64,000 bases of DNA, from contig JAJYJS010000002.1 of the NCBI GenBank assembly GCA_021789215.1, positions 142,605 through 206,604 of the forward strand, written 5' to 3'. The stretch is from Nitrospirota bacterium (lineage in GTDB: Bacteria; Nitrospirota; Thermodesulfovibrionia; Thermodesulfovibrionales; JdFR-88). Positions 27,846 through 36,957 of the stretch are shown piece after piece (within the stretch, counting starts at the first letter, position 1; every line of letters begins with the position of its first letter). Position numbers and translations under genes: made by a program. A model generated the notes under the pieces. That model was given only the letters and a program-made list of their open reading frames with translations. It searched no databases and was not told the DNA's origin.

Positions 27846-29528
27846 TCAGGCCCGCCCCGATATCCATCTCCAGAGCTTGAACCCCGTAAAGGACGAGAGC
27901 GCAAGCCATGCGGCCCCGGAGAGGTAAAACCCGAGCAGCATTTTCCCGGAACCCACCGTGAGCCCTATCAGGAAGAGGCACCCGAAGACCCACTGTGAGA
28001 AGGCCCCTGAGAAGGTGCCCGGCCCGTCGCCGGTGAAAAAACCCTCGCGCACAGGCCCCCAGCCGAATTTGCCGGGGTTCGTGCGTTTATAGAATTCCCT
28101 GAGCTTCTCCATCGGGACTGGTTTTGTAAGGAAGGTTACCGTTACCCAGATAAGTGTCGAGACCCCGATTATTATCGCAAGCTTCTCGTTGAAAGGCGAC
28201 TTTGCAAGCGCAGGGACGGTATACACCAGGGTTGAGACCGCCGTCGAGGCGGCCATGGCCGATATCTCGCTCCAGGCGTTTATGCGCCACCAGAACCACC
28301 TCATTATGTAAACCAGCCCGGTGCCGGAGCCAAACGCAATAAGGAACTTGAATACTCCCACAATGGAAGAGACATTGTATGTTACAAAGGCGGTAACGGC
28401 GGAGAGCACCAGCACCATCAGGCGCGATACGGCCAGGTAATGCCTTTCCGTCTCATTAGGCCTGAAGAAAGGCCTGTAAAAATCGTTCACGAAATAGGCG
28501 GACGAAAGGTTCAGGTACGTGCTGAGGCTGGACATGAACGCGGCGAAGAACGAGGCCAGCATGAGCCCCTTTATCCCCACGGGCAGGAGGTCCATCATCA
28601 TCCTCGGGTAAACCGCCTCGGGGTCCTTCGCCGCCGGATACAATATCAGGGAAGCGAGCGCGGCAAGCACCCACGGCCAGGTCCTCAGGGCATAGTTGGC
28701 CACGTTGAAATAGAAGGTGGCCATAAAACTCTGCTTTTCGTTTTTCGAGGAGGCCATCCTCTGCACGATCGGCCCCCCTCCGTCCGAGGAATACTTGGAC
28801 CACCAGCTCAGGGCTATATAGCCAAGAAAGGTCATGAACGCCGCGTCCGTCACGGAGGGAAAAAAATCGAGCGAGCGGGGGGGCAGCAGCAGCTTCATGT
28901 GCGCTATGCCGCCCGCCTTCCCGGTCGAGGCCGCAGCCAGCACTATCGCGCCGGTCATCGCCAGGATGAACTGGAAGAAGTCCGTCGTGACCACGCCCCA
29001 GTAGCCAGCGAGCATGGTGTAGACGATTGTTATGGAGCTGCATATCAGGACGCTTTCCCATTTGCCCCAGCCCAGCGCGACGTCCATTATCTTCGCCATC
29101 GCCAGTATTATCTGGGCCTTGATTATGGTATGGATGATGAAGGAGAAATAAAGGGCCTTGAACCCCCTCAGCGCCGAGGCCGCCCTGCCGGAATACCTCA
29201 GCTTGATAAGCTCCACGTCCGTGAGCACCCCGAGCCTCCTCCAGAGCCTGGCGAAAAAGAACACGGAGAGCATGCCGCTCATTATGAAGCACCACCACTG
29301 CCAGTTCTCGTAAATCCCGTGCTCCCTCACAAGGCCCGTGACGTAAAGGGGGGTGTCGGCGGAGAAACTCGTGGCCACCATCGAGGTGCCAGCCAGCCAC
29401 CACGGAAGGTTCCTGCCCGAAAGGAAGAACTCACTCAGGCTGGAAGAGGCTTTCTTTGTGAAATAGACCCCTACCAGGAGCGAGAGCGCAAGATATATGA
29501 AGACTAGCGTCCAGTCCGCGGTTTGCAT
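27846..29528 (-). CDS. Sodium:solute symporter family transporter
   Basis: 560-aa polytopic protein. N-terminal FFLSGRNLPWWLAGTSMVATSFSADTPL is typical of the SSF family. Confidence 0.85.
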   Translation of the reverse strand: MQTADWTLVFIYLALSLLVGVYFTKKASSSLSEFFLSGRNLPWWLAGTSMVATSFSADTPLYVTGLVREHGIYENWQWWCFIMSGMLSVFFFARLWRRLGVLTDVELIKLRYSGRAASALRGFKALYFSFIIHTIIKAQIILAMAKIMDVALGWGKWESVLICSSITIVYTMLAGYWGVVTTDFFQFILAMTGAIVLAAASTGKAGGIAHMKLLLPPRSLDFFPSVTDAAFMTFLGYIALSWWSKYSSDGGGPIVQRMASSKNEKQSFMATFYFNVANYALRTWPWVLAALASLILYPAAKDPEAVYPRMMMDLLPVGIKGLMLASFFAAFMSSLSTYLNLSSAYFVNDFYRPFFRPNETERHYLAVSRLMVLVLSAVTAFVTYNVSSIVGVFKFLIAFGSGTGLVYIMRWFWWRINAWSEISAMAASTAVSTLVYTVPALAKSPFNEKLAIIIGVSTLIWVTVTFLTKPVPMEKLREFYKRTNPGKFGWGPVREGFFTGDGPGTFSGAFSQWVFGCLFLIGLTVGSGKMLLGFYLSGAAWLALSSFTGFKLWRWISGRA

Positions 29529-29563
29529 ATAAACTGCCCTTTCGTGCTACATTATTATACCGG

Positions 29564-29914
29564 ATGGACGAAAGAATTCTCATCATAGACGACGAGCCTC
29601 TTGTCCTTGATACCATTCAGAAGGCGCTGGGCAGACAGGGGTACACCACCGTAGCGGTAAAAGACGTGCGTTCCTATATGAATGCGCTTCAGACAGGCCG
29701 GTTTGACCTTGCGATCATGGACATGCACTTGCCGGACACCAGCAGCAGTGAGCTGGCCCGGATGACAAAAGACAGCTCCCCAAAAATAAAATTCCTCTTT
29801 ATAAGCGGCGCGCTGACGCCCCCTGGGGTAAAGAACTTCATTCAGAAGCCGTTCCGCATAGAAGCGCTGAGGAAGCTGGTAAGGGAAATACTGGATGACC
29901 CAGAGCGGGCTTGA
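29564..29914 (+). CDS. Single-domain response regulator (receiver only)
   Basis: ILIIDDEP...DLAIMDMHLPD...ISG...KPF receiver motifs. Overlaps the next gene by 20 nt. Confidence 0.88.
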   Translation: MDERILIIDDEPLVLDTIQKALGRQGYTTVAVKDVRSYMNALQTGRFDLAIMDMHLPDTSSSELARMTKDSSPKIKFLFISGALTPPGVKNFIQKPFRIEALRKLVREILDDPERA

Positions 29915-31868
29915 CGTAACCCTCTTCTATCTCATCAACGGCCTGCATGGCAGGCTGCTGGACCCGGTTGTAGTCTTCTGGTCGTCCCCGCCGATGTACG
30001 CCATTCCCATAGCCATACTGCTTTTTACGAAGGACAGGAAGGCGGCCCTGATCGCCCTGTTTGCGGCCATGGCTTCCTTTGCCGTGGCGGACTGGGGCGG
30101 CAACCTGCTGAAGCACCTGATCGAACGGCCGAGGCCCTGCCATGTGCTGCCGGATGTGAAGCTCCTGGCCGGGTGCTCCGATTCCTACTCGATGCCCTCG
30201 AACCATACCACGGACATCTCAGCCGTCGCGACCGCGATATTCCTGCTCACAAAATCGAGGCTCCGGTACCTGATGATACCCGCCGTCCTGATGATAGCCT
30301 TCTCCAGGGTTTACATGGGGGTGCATTACCCCACGGACCTGCTTGGGGGCGCTGTCGTGGGCGCGGCGGCGGGGGTTGCCATATCGTACTACTTCAAATG
30401 GGCCATGAGGAAAGGCACCCTGCGTGGCGCGATGATCATCTTTCTTACGGGCATGACGCTCTTCAGGGTTTACTACATCCTGAACGGGAACCTTGAGCTT
30501 AGCGGGGACGAGGCCCATTACTGGGAATGGTCCAGGAGGCTCGATGTCTCGTATTATTCCAAGGGACCGCTGATAGCCTACATCATCCGGCTTGGGACCA
30601 TGCTTTTCGGCAACACGGAATTAGGGGTGCGTTTCTTCGCCCCGTTAATGTCCCTTGGCGGAAGCCTTATACTTTACAGGCTTGGCTCTCTCCTCTACGA
30701 CGAGGAGACCGGCATCTATTCCGCAATCGTCTTCCAGCTCATACCTCTTTTTTCCGCCTTCGGCGTGATAATGACGATAGACGCGCCGTTTACGTTCCTG
30801 TGGATAGCCAGCCTGCTTGTCTTTTACAGGGCTGTCAGCCTTAAGCGGCTTCCCGAATGGCTTCTGCTTGGTTTTTTTGTGGGGCTTGGGATTCTGGCCA
30901 AGTTCACGATGGCGTTCTTCATGCTCTCCGTGCTGCTGTTCCTTATCGCCTCGAAGGATGACAGGGGCGAACTCCTCTCGCCGAGGCCATACCTGGGGCT
31001 GTTCGTAAGCCTTTTGATGATGGTGCCCATGGTGCTGTGGAACATCGACCATAACTGGGTCACATTCAGGCACAACCTGAACCATGCGGACCTCGAAGCG
31101 GGATTCAGGGTGTCTTTGCCAAGCCTTGCGGAGTTTGTGGGCTCACAGGTTGGGGCCGTTACCCCGCTGCTGTTTTTGACGATGCTCTATGCGCTGGTGA
31201 AAACCCGGAAGGAAGACAGGTTTTCCTTCTGGTTCGCCATGCCAACGCTTGTTTTCTTTCTGCTCAAGAGCATACAGGCAAAGGTGCAGGCCAACTGGGC
31301 AATGACCGGATATATCACCGGGATTTTCGCATTCAGCCAGGTCTACATGAAGGACATACGGTACGAGAGCGCCGGCAAGAAGGCCCTTGCGGTCTCAACC
31401 CTGCTGATGCTCGCGCTGGTCTCGGCAGTCTCCTTTTACCCGCAGTTGATAAGGCTTCCGCTGAAGCTTGACCCCTCGGCAAGGCTCCGGGGGTGGAAGG
31501 CGGCGGCACACGAGGCGGACTTGTCCCTTCCGCCACCCCCTTATTTTGTCTTTTCGGACAATTATCAGTTGTCCTCGGAGCTGGCGTTCTATATGAAGGG
31601 GCATCCGGTGACCTACTGCGCCAATACGGGAAGGCGGTTCAACCAGTACGACCTGTGGCCGGGGTTCGAGGGCCTCAAACACCAGAACGCCCTTTTTGTT
31701 AAAATAGGGGATTCGGGAATGCCGGGGGAGCTGAAAGAGGCATTTGCCAGATGCGACAAGAAGCCGTATACTGTCTACGAAAAAAACCGGCCCCTGAGGT
31801 CATATTCCATATTCACCTGTTATGACTTCAAAGGCATGAAAGAGGACAATAAGGCGCACAGCTATTAG
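29895..31868 (+). CDS. Fusion protein: PAP2 lipid phosphatase (N-terminal) + ArnT/PMT-like polyprenyl-phosphate-sugar-dependent glycosyltransferase (C-terminal)
   Basis: PAP2 motifs KHLIERPRP (aa 73-81), PSNH (aa 101-104) and SRVYMGVHYPTD (aa 137-148). After that come GDEAHYWEWSRRLDVSYYSKGPL and about 10 TM segments typical of GT83/GT39 enzymes. Confidence 0.85.
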   Translation: MTQSGLDVTLFYLINGLHGRLLDPVVVFWSSPPMYAIPIAILLFTKDRKAALIALFAAMASFAVADWGGNLLKHLIERPRPCHVLPDVKLLAGCSDSYSMPSNHTTDISAVATAIFLLTKSRLRYLMIPAVLMIAFSRVYMGVHYPTDLLGGAVVGAAAGVAISYYFKWAMRKGTLRGAMIIFLTGMTLFRVYYILNGNLELSGDEAHYWEWSRRLDVSYYSKGPLIAYIIRLGTMLFGNTELGVRFFAPLMSLGGSLILYRLGSLLYDEETGIYSAIVFQLIPLFSAFGVIMTIDAPFTFLWIASLLVFYRAVSLKRLPEWLLLGFFVGLGILAKFTMAFFMLSVLLFLIASKDDRGELLSPRPYLGLFVSLLMMVPMVLWNIDHNWVTFRHNLNHADLEAGFRVSLPSLAEFVGSQVGAVTPLLFLTMLYALVKTRKEDRFSFWFAMPTLVFFLLKSIQAKVQANWAMTGYITGIFAFSQVYMKDIRYESAGKKALAVSTLLMLALVSAVSFYPQLIRLPLKLDPSARLRGWKAAAHEADLSLPPPPYFVFSDNYQLSSELAFYMKGHPVTYCANTGRRFNQYDLWPGFEGLKHQNALFVKIGDSGMPGELKEAFARCDKKPYTVYEKNRPLRSYSIFTCYDFKGMKEDNKAHSY

Positions 31869-31869
31869 C

Positions 31870-32847
31870 ATGGAAAAAGAGAACGCAAACGGAAAAGAAA
31901 AAAACCTCTCGATAGTCGTCCCCCTCTACAACGAGGAGGAAAACGTAAAGCCTCTGTACGCGGCCCTGAAACCCGTCCTGGACGGGATGGGCGTGGACTA
32001 TGAGATCGTGTTCGTTGACGACGGGAGCAGCGACGGCACCCTGCACACCCTTGCGGGGCTTTCCGCCGACCCTAATGTCGTGGTGATAGAATTCAGGAGG
32101 AATTTCGGCCAGACGGCGGCGTTTGCCGCCGGGTTCGACCACGCACGGGGCGAGGTCATCATCACGATGGACGGCGACCTCCAGAACGACCCCGCCGATA
32201 TCCCGAAACTCTACGAGATGGCCAAAAAATACGACCTTGTAAGCGGCTGGAGGAAAAACCGGAAGGACCCGTTCATTAAAAGGAAGCTGCCCTCGATGGC
32301 TGCCAACTGGCTGATAGGGAAGGTCACCGGGGTCAGGCTGCACGATTACGGCTGCTCTCTCAAGGCGTACAGGAAAGACGTCGTCAAGAACCTGAGACTC
32401 TATGGGGAGATGCACCGCTTCATCCCCGCCGTTGCCAACTGGTACGGCGTAAGCGTTGCCGAGGTGGAGACCACGCACCACCCCAGGCTGAGGGGCAAGT
32501 CCAAATACGGGCTTTCGAGGACTGTTAAAGTCTTTCTGGACCTGATAACGGTAAAATTCCTCCAGAGCTTTTCGACCAAGCCGATACAGTTCTTCGGGCC
32601 TGTCGGGCTCCTGAGCACCGCGGCGGGTCTTTTGATATCCCTCTGGCTTGCGGCGCAAAAGATACTCATGGGCAAGTCCATAGGCGGCAGGCCGCTCCTG
32701 CTGCTTGGCGTGCTGCTGATAATCGTGGGCATTCAGCTCATCGGCATGGGGCTCCTTGGCGAGATGCTCGCAAGGGTGTATCATGAAAGCCAGAAAAAGC
32801 CCATTTATGTGCTTAAAAAGATAACCTCCGGCGGAAAAAACAGCTAA
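31870..32847 (+). CDS. GT2 polyprenyl-phosphate glycosyltransferase (ArnC/GtrB/DPM1-like)
   Basis: LSIVVPLYNEEEN, FVDDGSSDGT and DGDLQNDP motifs, plus two C-terminal TM helices. Confidence 0.88.
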   Translation: MEKENANGKEKNLSIVVPLYNEEENVKPLYAALKPVLDGMGVDYEIVFVDDGSSDGTLHTLAGLSADPNVVVIEFRRNFGQTAAFAAGFDHARGEVIITMDGDLQNDPADIPKLYEMAKKYDLVSGWRKNRKDPFIKRKLPSMAANWLIGKVTGVRLHDYGCSLKAYRKDVVKNLRLYGEMHRFIPAVANWYGVSVAEVETTHHPRLRGKSKYGLSRTVKVFLDLITVKFLQSFSTKPIQFFGPVGLLSTAAGLLISLWLAAQKILMGKSIGGRPLLLLGVLLIIVGIQLIGMGLLGEMLARVYHESQKKPIYVLKKITSGGKNS

Positions 32848-33771
32848 TTGAAACCGGGGAAGAAGGCCCTTCTTTTCATCCTCAAGCTCTCCGTAAGCGG
32901 GTCCCTGCTTTACTACGTGCTGAGGAAGGCCGGGATAGCCAACGTCCTCGGGACAATCGGCGGGATACATCCGGCCGCGTTCATGGGGGCGGTGGCGCTA
33001 TATCTTATCGCCCAGCTTGTATCCTCGATGCGCTGGCGGCTGCTCGTGGAGTCCAGGCTGGGGCTGAAAAAATTCTATTCACTTTATCTCCTTGGCAGTT
33101 TCTTCAACACCATCCTTCCGGGGCTCGTCGGGGGCGACGCGGTGAAGGCTTATTACTTTTACAAGCAGACCGGCAACCTGGCGGAGGGCGCGGCGTCCAT
33201 ATTCATGGAGCGGTACCTGGGGTTCATCGCCCTCCTGCTTGTGGCCTTCATGGCTTATCCGTTCGGACTGCCATACCTCAGGGACACGGGGCTCACATGG
33301 TTTCTCCCCATCCTTTTCGGCGGGTTCGTCATAGCCAGCTTCGTGTTTTTTACATTCAGGATAGGCAGAAGGCTCCGCTTTCTTGAAGACATCTACGGGT
33401 ACTTCGAAAGATACAGAAAAACCACTCTGGCCAAGGGCGTCCTGCTTTCCTTCGGGGTGCAGGGGCTTACGGTCTTTGCCGTCTACACCATAGCGCTGGG
33501 GCTCCACGTGGCCGTTTCCCTGCCGCTTTTCTTCATCTTCGTGCCGCTGATAGTGACCTTTTCCTTCGTGCCCATTTCCATCTCCGGCATAGGTCTGAGG
33601 GAGGCATCTTTCGTCCTCCTCTTTGGCTCCGTCGGGCTCGCCCCCCAAACCGCCACGGCGTTGTCTTTCGCGTGGTTTCTGTCAATGGCGGCGGGGTCGC
33701 TGACAGGGCTGGTGGAATACCTGAGGATTAAAAAGGGGGCAACCATTAAAGGGCGGGCGGGAACCAAATAA
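32848..33771 (+). CDS. UPF0104 / lysyl-PG-synthase-TM (flippase-like) membrane protein
   Basis: SSMRWRLL...FFNTILPGLVGGDAVKAYY signature. TTG start directly after the GT2 stop. Confidence 0.8.
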   Translation: MKPGKKALLFILKLSVSGSLLYYVLRKAGIANVLGTIGGIHPAAFMGAVALYLIAQLVSSMRWRLLVESRLGLKKFYSLYLLGSFFNTILPGLVGGDAVKAYYFYKQTGNLAEGAASIFMERYLGFIALLLVAFMAYPFGLPYLRDTGLTWFLPILFGGFVIASFVFFTFRIGRRLRFLEDIYGYFERYRKTTLAKGVLLSFGVQGLTVFAVYTIALGLHVAVSLPLFFIFVPLIVTFSFVPISISGIGLREASFVLLFGSVGLAPQTATALSFAWFLSMAAGSLTGLVEYLRIKKGATIKGRAGTK

Positions 33772-33780
33772 AAAAAATGC

Positions 33781-34689
33781 CTACGGCGGGCACTTGGCGC
33801 AGACCGAGGCAAAAAGCGAAGTGGAAAGATACCTGTCCCCCCTGTCGGGAAGGATAACGGCGACTGCCCCCTCATTCAGGGACTCCGCCACCTTGAGCGC
33901 GCCGAACATGGCGGCGCCGCTGGACATGCCGACGAACAGCCCTTCCCTTAGCGCAAGCATACGCGCCGTGCTGAACGCCTCTTCATCCTTGACGACGATG
34001 CGCTCGTCCAGTTCGGCGGCGGTGAAGATGCCGGGCACTATGGACTCCGTCATGTTCTTGAGCCCCTGTATCCGGTGCCCGGGCGTGGGCTCCACCCCGA
34101 TTATTTTTATCTCTTTCCTGAACTCCTTCAGCCTCTCGGCAACGCCCATCAGCGTCCCGGTAGTGCCCATCCCGGCCACGAAATGCGTTATTCCGCCCTT
34201 CGTCTGTTCGATAAGCTCCTTACCCGTCGTCTCGTAATGGGCAAGGATATTGGCCGGGTTATTGAACTGGTCGGGCATGAAATAGGATTCAGGCGATTCG
34301 GCCAGTATCTTTCGCGCAAGCCTGATGGCCCCGTCCGTGCCTTCCTCCGAGGGGCTCAGTATCAGTTCGGCCCCGAGGGCCTCAAGCGTCCTGCGCCTTT
34401 CGATGCTTACACAGGCAGGCATCGTGAGCTTCACCTTATAGCCCTTCGCCGCGCCCACCATCGCAAGCCCGATGCCCGTATTGCCGCTTGTCGCCTCGAG
34501 TATCGTCTTGCCGTGAGTGAGCCTGCCGTCCCTTTCGGCGGCCTCTATCATGTAGAGGGCTATCCTGTCCTTGACGGAGCCTCCGGGGTTTGCCCCTTCA
34601 AGCTTTGCCAGAAGGCGCACCCCCTTGTTCGGGTTCAGGTTCTCCACAAGCACCAGGGGGGTATGCCCTATGGAATCCAGTATGCTCAT
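33781..34689 (-). CDS. Cysteine synthase family PLP enzyme (CysK/CysM-like)
   Basis: NPGGSVKDRIA (PLP lysine), TSGNTGIGLA and GMGTTGT motifs. Confidence 0.9.
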   Translation of the reverse strand: MSILDSIGHTPLVLVENLNPNKGVRLLAKLEGANPGGSVKDRIALYMIEAAERDGRLTHGKTILEATSGNTGIGLAMVGAAKGYKVKLTMPACVSIERRRTLEALGAELILSPSEEGTDGAIRLARKILAESPESYFMPDQFNNPANILAHYETTGKELIEQTKGGITHFVAGMGTTGTLMGVAERLKEFRKEIKIIGVEPTPGHRIQGLKNMTESIVPGIFTAAELDERIVVKDEEAFSTARMLALREGLFVGMSSGAAMFGALKVAESLNEGAVAVILPDRGDRYLSTSLFASVCAKCPP

Positions 34690-34751
34690 GCCAACATTAA
34701 TGATACCACAAGAAAGCGCTATTGAAACCTGTAATATTAATGTCCTATGCA

Positions 34752-34845
34752 GTCATTCCGGCGTTCCTTCGGCCGGAATCCAGCGGCTTGTCTTTCGAAC
34801 ATTCTTAAAGTCACTGGATACCGGCTTTCGCCGGTATGACAGTCC
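34752..34845. repeat. Composite palindromic repeat (two hairpin units), copy 1
   Basis: GTCATTCCGGCGTTCCTTCGGCCGGAATCCAG...AAAGTCACTGGATACCGGCTTTCGCCGGTATGACAG. A near-identical second copy lies at 40158-40245. Confidence 0.85.
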
Positions 34846-34943
34846 AAAAAAGGCGGACATTAATTATGCAGTTTCCAATAGGGGTGCCCTTAAACGTGTC
34901 CCGGTTTGCCGTCTCCGGCACCCCTGGTGTTAATATAGGAAAT

Positions 34944-36023
34944 ATGAAGGTGCTCGTGGGAATGAGCGGAGGGGTGGACTCCTCCGTCTCGGCTTATATA
35001 TTGAAACAGCAGGGTTTTGAGGTCGAGGGCGTGTCCCTGCTGCTTTTCGAAACCAGGGGGCGGAAAGACCCGCGCTCCTGCTGTTCGCTGGAAACCGTTG
35101 CCGAGGCCGGGCGGACGGCGGAGGCCATAGGCATCCCGCATAAGGTCATCAACGCAAGGGACCTCTTCATGGAAAGGGTCATCGGGCCTTTCGCAGGGGC
35201 TTATGCCCAGGGCCTTACGCCAAACCCGTGCATACTATGCAACCGCCATGTCAAATTCCCCATACTGCTCGCCGAGGCCGAAAAGTGCGGGGCGGATTTC
35301 ATCGCGACGGGCCATTACGCGCGGGTCGGAAGGGAGGGCGGCGAAACGGCGCTTAAGCGCGGGGCCGACCAGGGCAAGGACCAGTCCTATGTCCTTTATA
35401 TGCTGCGGAAGGACGAGCTTGAAAGGCTTCTGCTCCCGCTTGGCGGGCTCCGGAAAACGGAGGTGCGCCAGATGGCAAGGGAGGCGGGACTGCCCGTCTT
35501 CAACAAGCCCGAGAGCCAGGAGATATGCTTCGTGGACGGAAAGGACTATCTGCCATTGGTCAGGGCGCTTGAGCCGGGATCGGCGGCGTCCGGCCCGGTA
35601 CTGGACTCTAGCGGCGTGCGGATAGGCACGCACAAGGGCCTGTATGCCTATACGATAGGCCAGCGCAAGGGGCTTGGCGTCTCGCGCCCGGAGCCTCTGT
35701 ACGTCTACAGGATAGACCCCGGGGAAAATACCGTTTATGTTGGCCCCAGGGAAAAGGCGCTGATACGCCGTTTCGAGGCAGGCGGTCTGAACTGGCTGAT
35801 GAGCGGGTACGAAGGAAGGGATTTTTTATTCAGGGCGGAGGTCAAGGTGCGCTCCATGATGCGGGCCTCTCCCGCCCGCGTATGGTCTGAAGGGAAAGAC
35901 GCCGTGCATGTGGAATTCGACAGTCCGCAGTGGGCCCCAGCGCCTGGGCAGAGCGCGGTCTTTTACGAGGGAGAGAGGGTGGCCGGCGGCGGGACTATAA
36001 AAAAAATATTCTATCCAATATAA
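34944..36023 (+). CDS. mnmA: tRNA 2-thiouridine(34) synthase
   Basis: MKVLVGMSGGVDSSV PP-loop N-terminus. The ATG at 34944 is preceded by AGGA. The upstream part of the track ORF runs through the repeat element. Confidence 0.92.
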   Translation: MKVLVGMSGGVDSSVSAYILKQQGFEVEGVSLLLFETRGRKDPRSCCSLETVAEAGRTAEAIGIPHKVINARDLFMERVIGPFAGAYAQGLTPNPCILCNRHVKFPILLAEAEKCGADFIATGHYARVGREGGETALKRGADQGKDQSYVLYMLRKDELERLLLPLGGLRKTEVRQMAREAGLPVFNKPESQEICFVDGKDYLPLVRALEPGSAASGPVLDSSGVRIGTHKGLYAYTIGQRKGLGVSRPEPLYVYRIDPGENTVYVGPREKALIRRFEAGGLNWLMSGYEGRDFLFRAEVKVRSMMRASPARVWSEGKDAVHVEFDSPQWAPAPGQSAVFYEGERVAGGGTIKKIFYPI

Positions 36024-36037
36024 TAAGGGCCTGGGAC

Positions 36038-36478
36038 ATGGAAAACAGCGGCAAAGTGGTTTCAGTAAATATAAGCGATAAAAAGGGCACAAGGAAAAAG
36101 CCCGTTCCCGAGGGGCACCTCAAGGAGGACTTCGGGATGGACGGGGACGCCCACGCGTCCTCCCTCTGGCACAGGCAGGTAAGCCTCCTTGCACAGGAAA
36201 GCATCGAGAAGATGCGCCGTGCGGGCCTGGACGTAAACGCGGGAGATTTCGCCGAAAACATAACGACCGAAGGCATAGACCTGGTTTCGCTTCCGGTTGG
36301 CACAAGGCTCCGGATAGGCGAGACCCTTGCCGAGGTCAGCCAGATAGGCAAGCGCTGTCACGCCCATTGCGAGATTTACAGGCAGGCGGGGGACTGCATA
36401 ATGCCGAAGGAAGGCATATTCGTGAAGGTGCTGAAGGGCGGCATTGTGCGAAAAGGGGACGAAATAGCGGTCCTATGA
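36038..36478 (+). CDS. MOSC domain-containing protein
   Basis: VSVNIS..KGTRKKPV...GDAH...RQVSLL...GDFAENITTEG...C pattern. ATG at 36038. Confidence 0.8.
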   Translation: MENSGKVVSVNISDKKGTRKKPVPEGHLKEDFGMDGDAHASSLWHRQVSLLAQESIEKMRRAGLDVNAGDFAENITTEGIDLVSLPVGTRLRIGETLAEVSQIGKRCHAHCEIYRQAGDCIMPKEGIFVKVLKGGIVRKGDEIAVL

Positions 36479-36957
36479 CCAGGGCGGCCATATTGACCTT
36501 GAGCGACAAGGGCTCCGCCGGGCTGAGGGCGGACGAGAGCGGCCCCGCGGCAAGGGAGATGCTTGCCTCCATCGGCATAGAGACCGCCGTTTATGAAGTA
36601 ATACCGGACGAGAAGGAAATCCTCAGGGGCAAACTGTTAAAATACTCAGGTGAGGTTGACCTTATCGTGACAAACGGCGGCACGGGGCTTTCCCCAAGGG
36701 ACATAACGCCTGAGACCACGCTTGAGGTCATAGATAAAGAGATACCGGGGATTGCGGAGGCAATGAGGCTCGAAGGGCTCAAAAAGACAAAAATGGCGAT
36801 GCTCTCCAGGGGCGTGGCCGGCACAAGAGGGCAATGTCTGATAATAAACCTGCCGGGAAGCCCGAAGGCGGTGAGGGAGAGCCTGGGGGCGGTGCTTGAG
36901 GCTGTGCCCCACGCGATAGAGAAGATAAAAGGCTCCGCCAGGGAGTGCGCCAGATGA
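36475..36957 (+). CDS. MogA/MoaB-family molybdenum cofactor biosynthesis protein
   Basis: ILTLSDKGS...VTNGGTGLSPRD...NLPGSPKA motifs. ATGA overlap with the MOSC gene. Confidence 0.88.
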   Translation: MTRAAILTLSDKGSAGLRADESGPAAREMLASIGIETAVYEVIPDEKEILRGKLLKYSGEVDLIVTNGGTGLSPRDITPETTLEVIDKEIPGIAEAMRLEGLKKTKMAMLSRGVAGTRGQCLIINLPGSPKAVRESLGAVLEAVPHAIEKIKGSARECAR

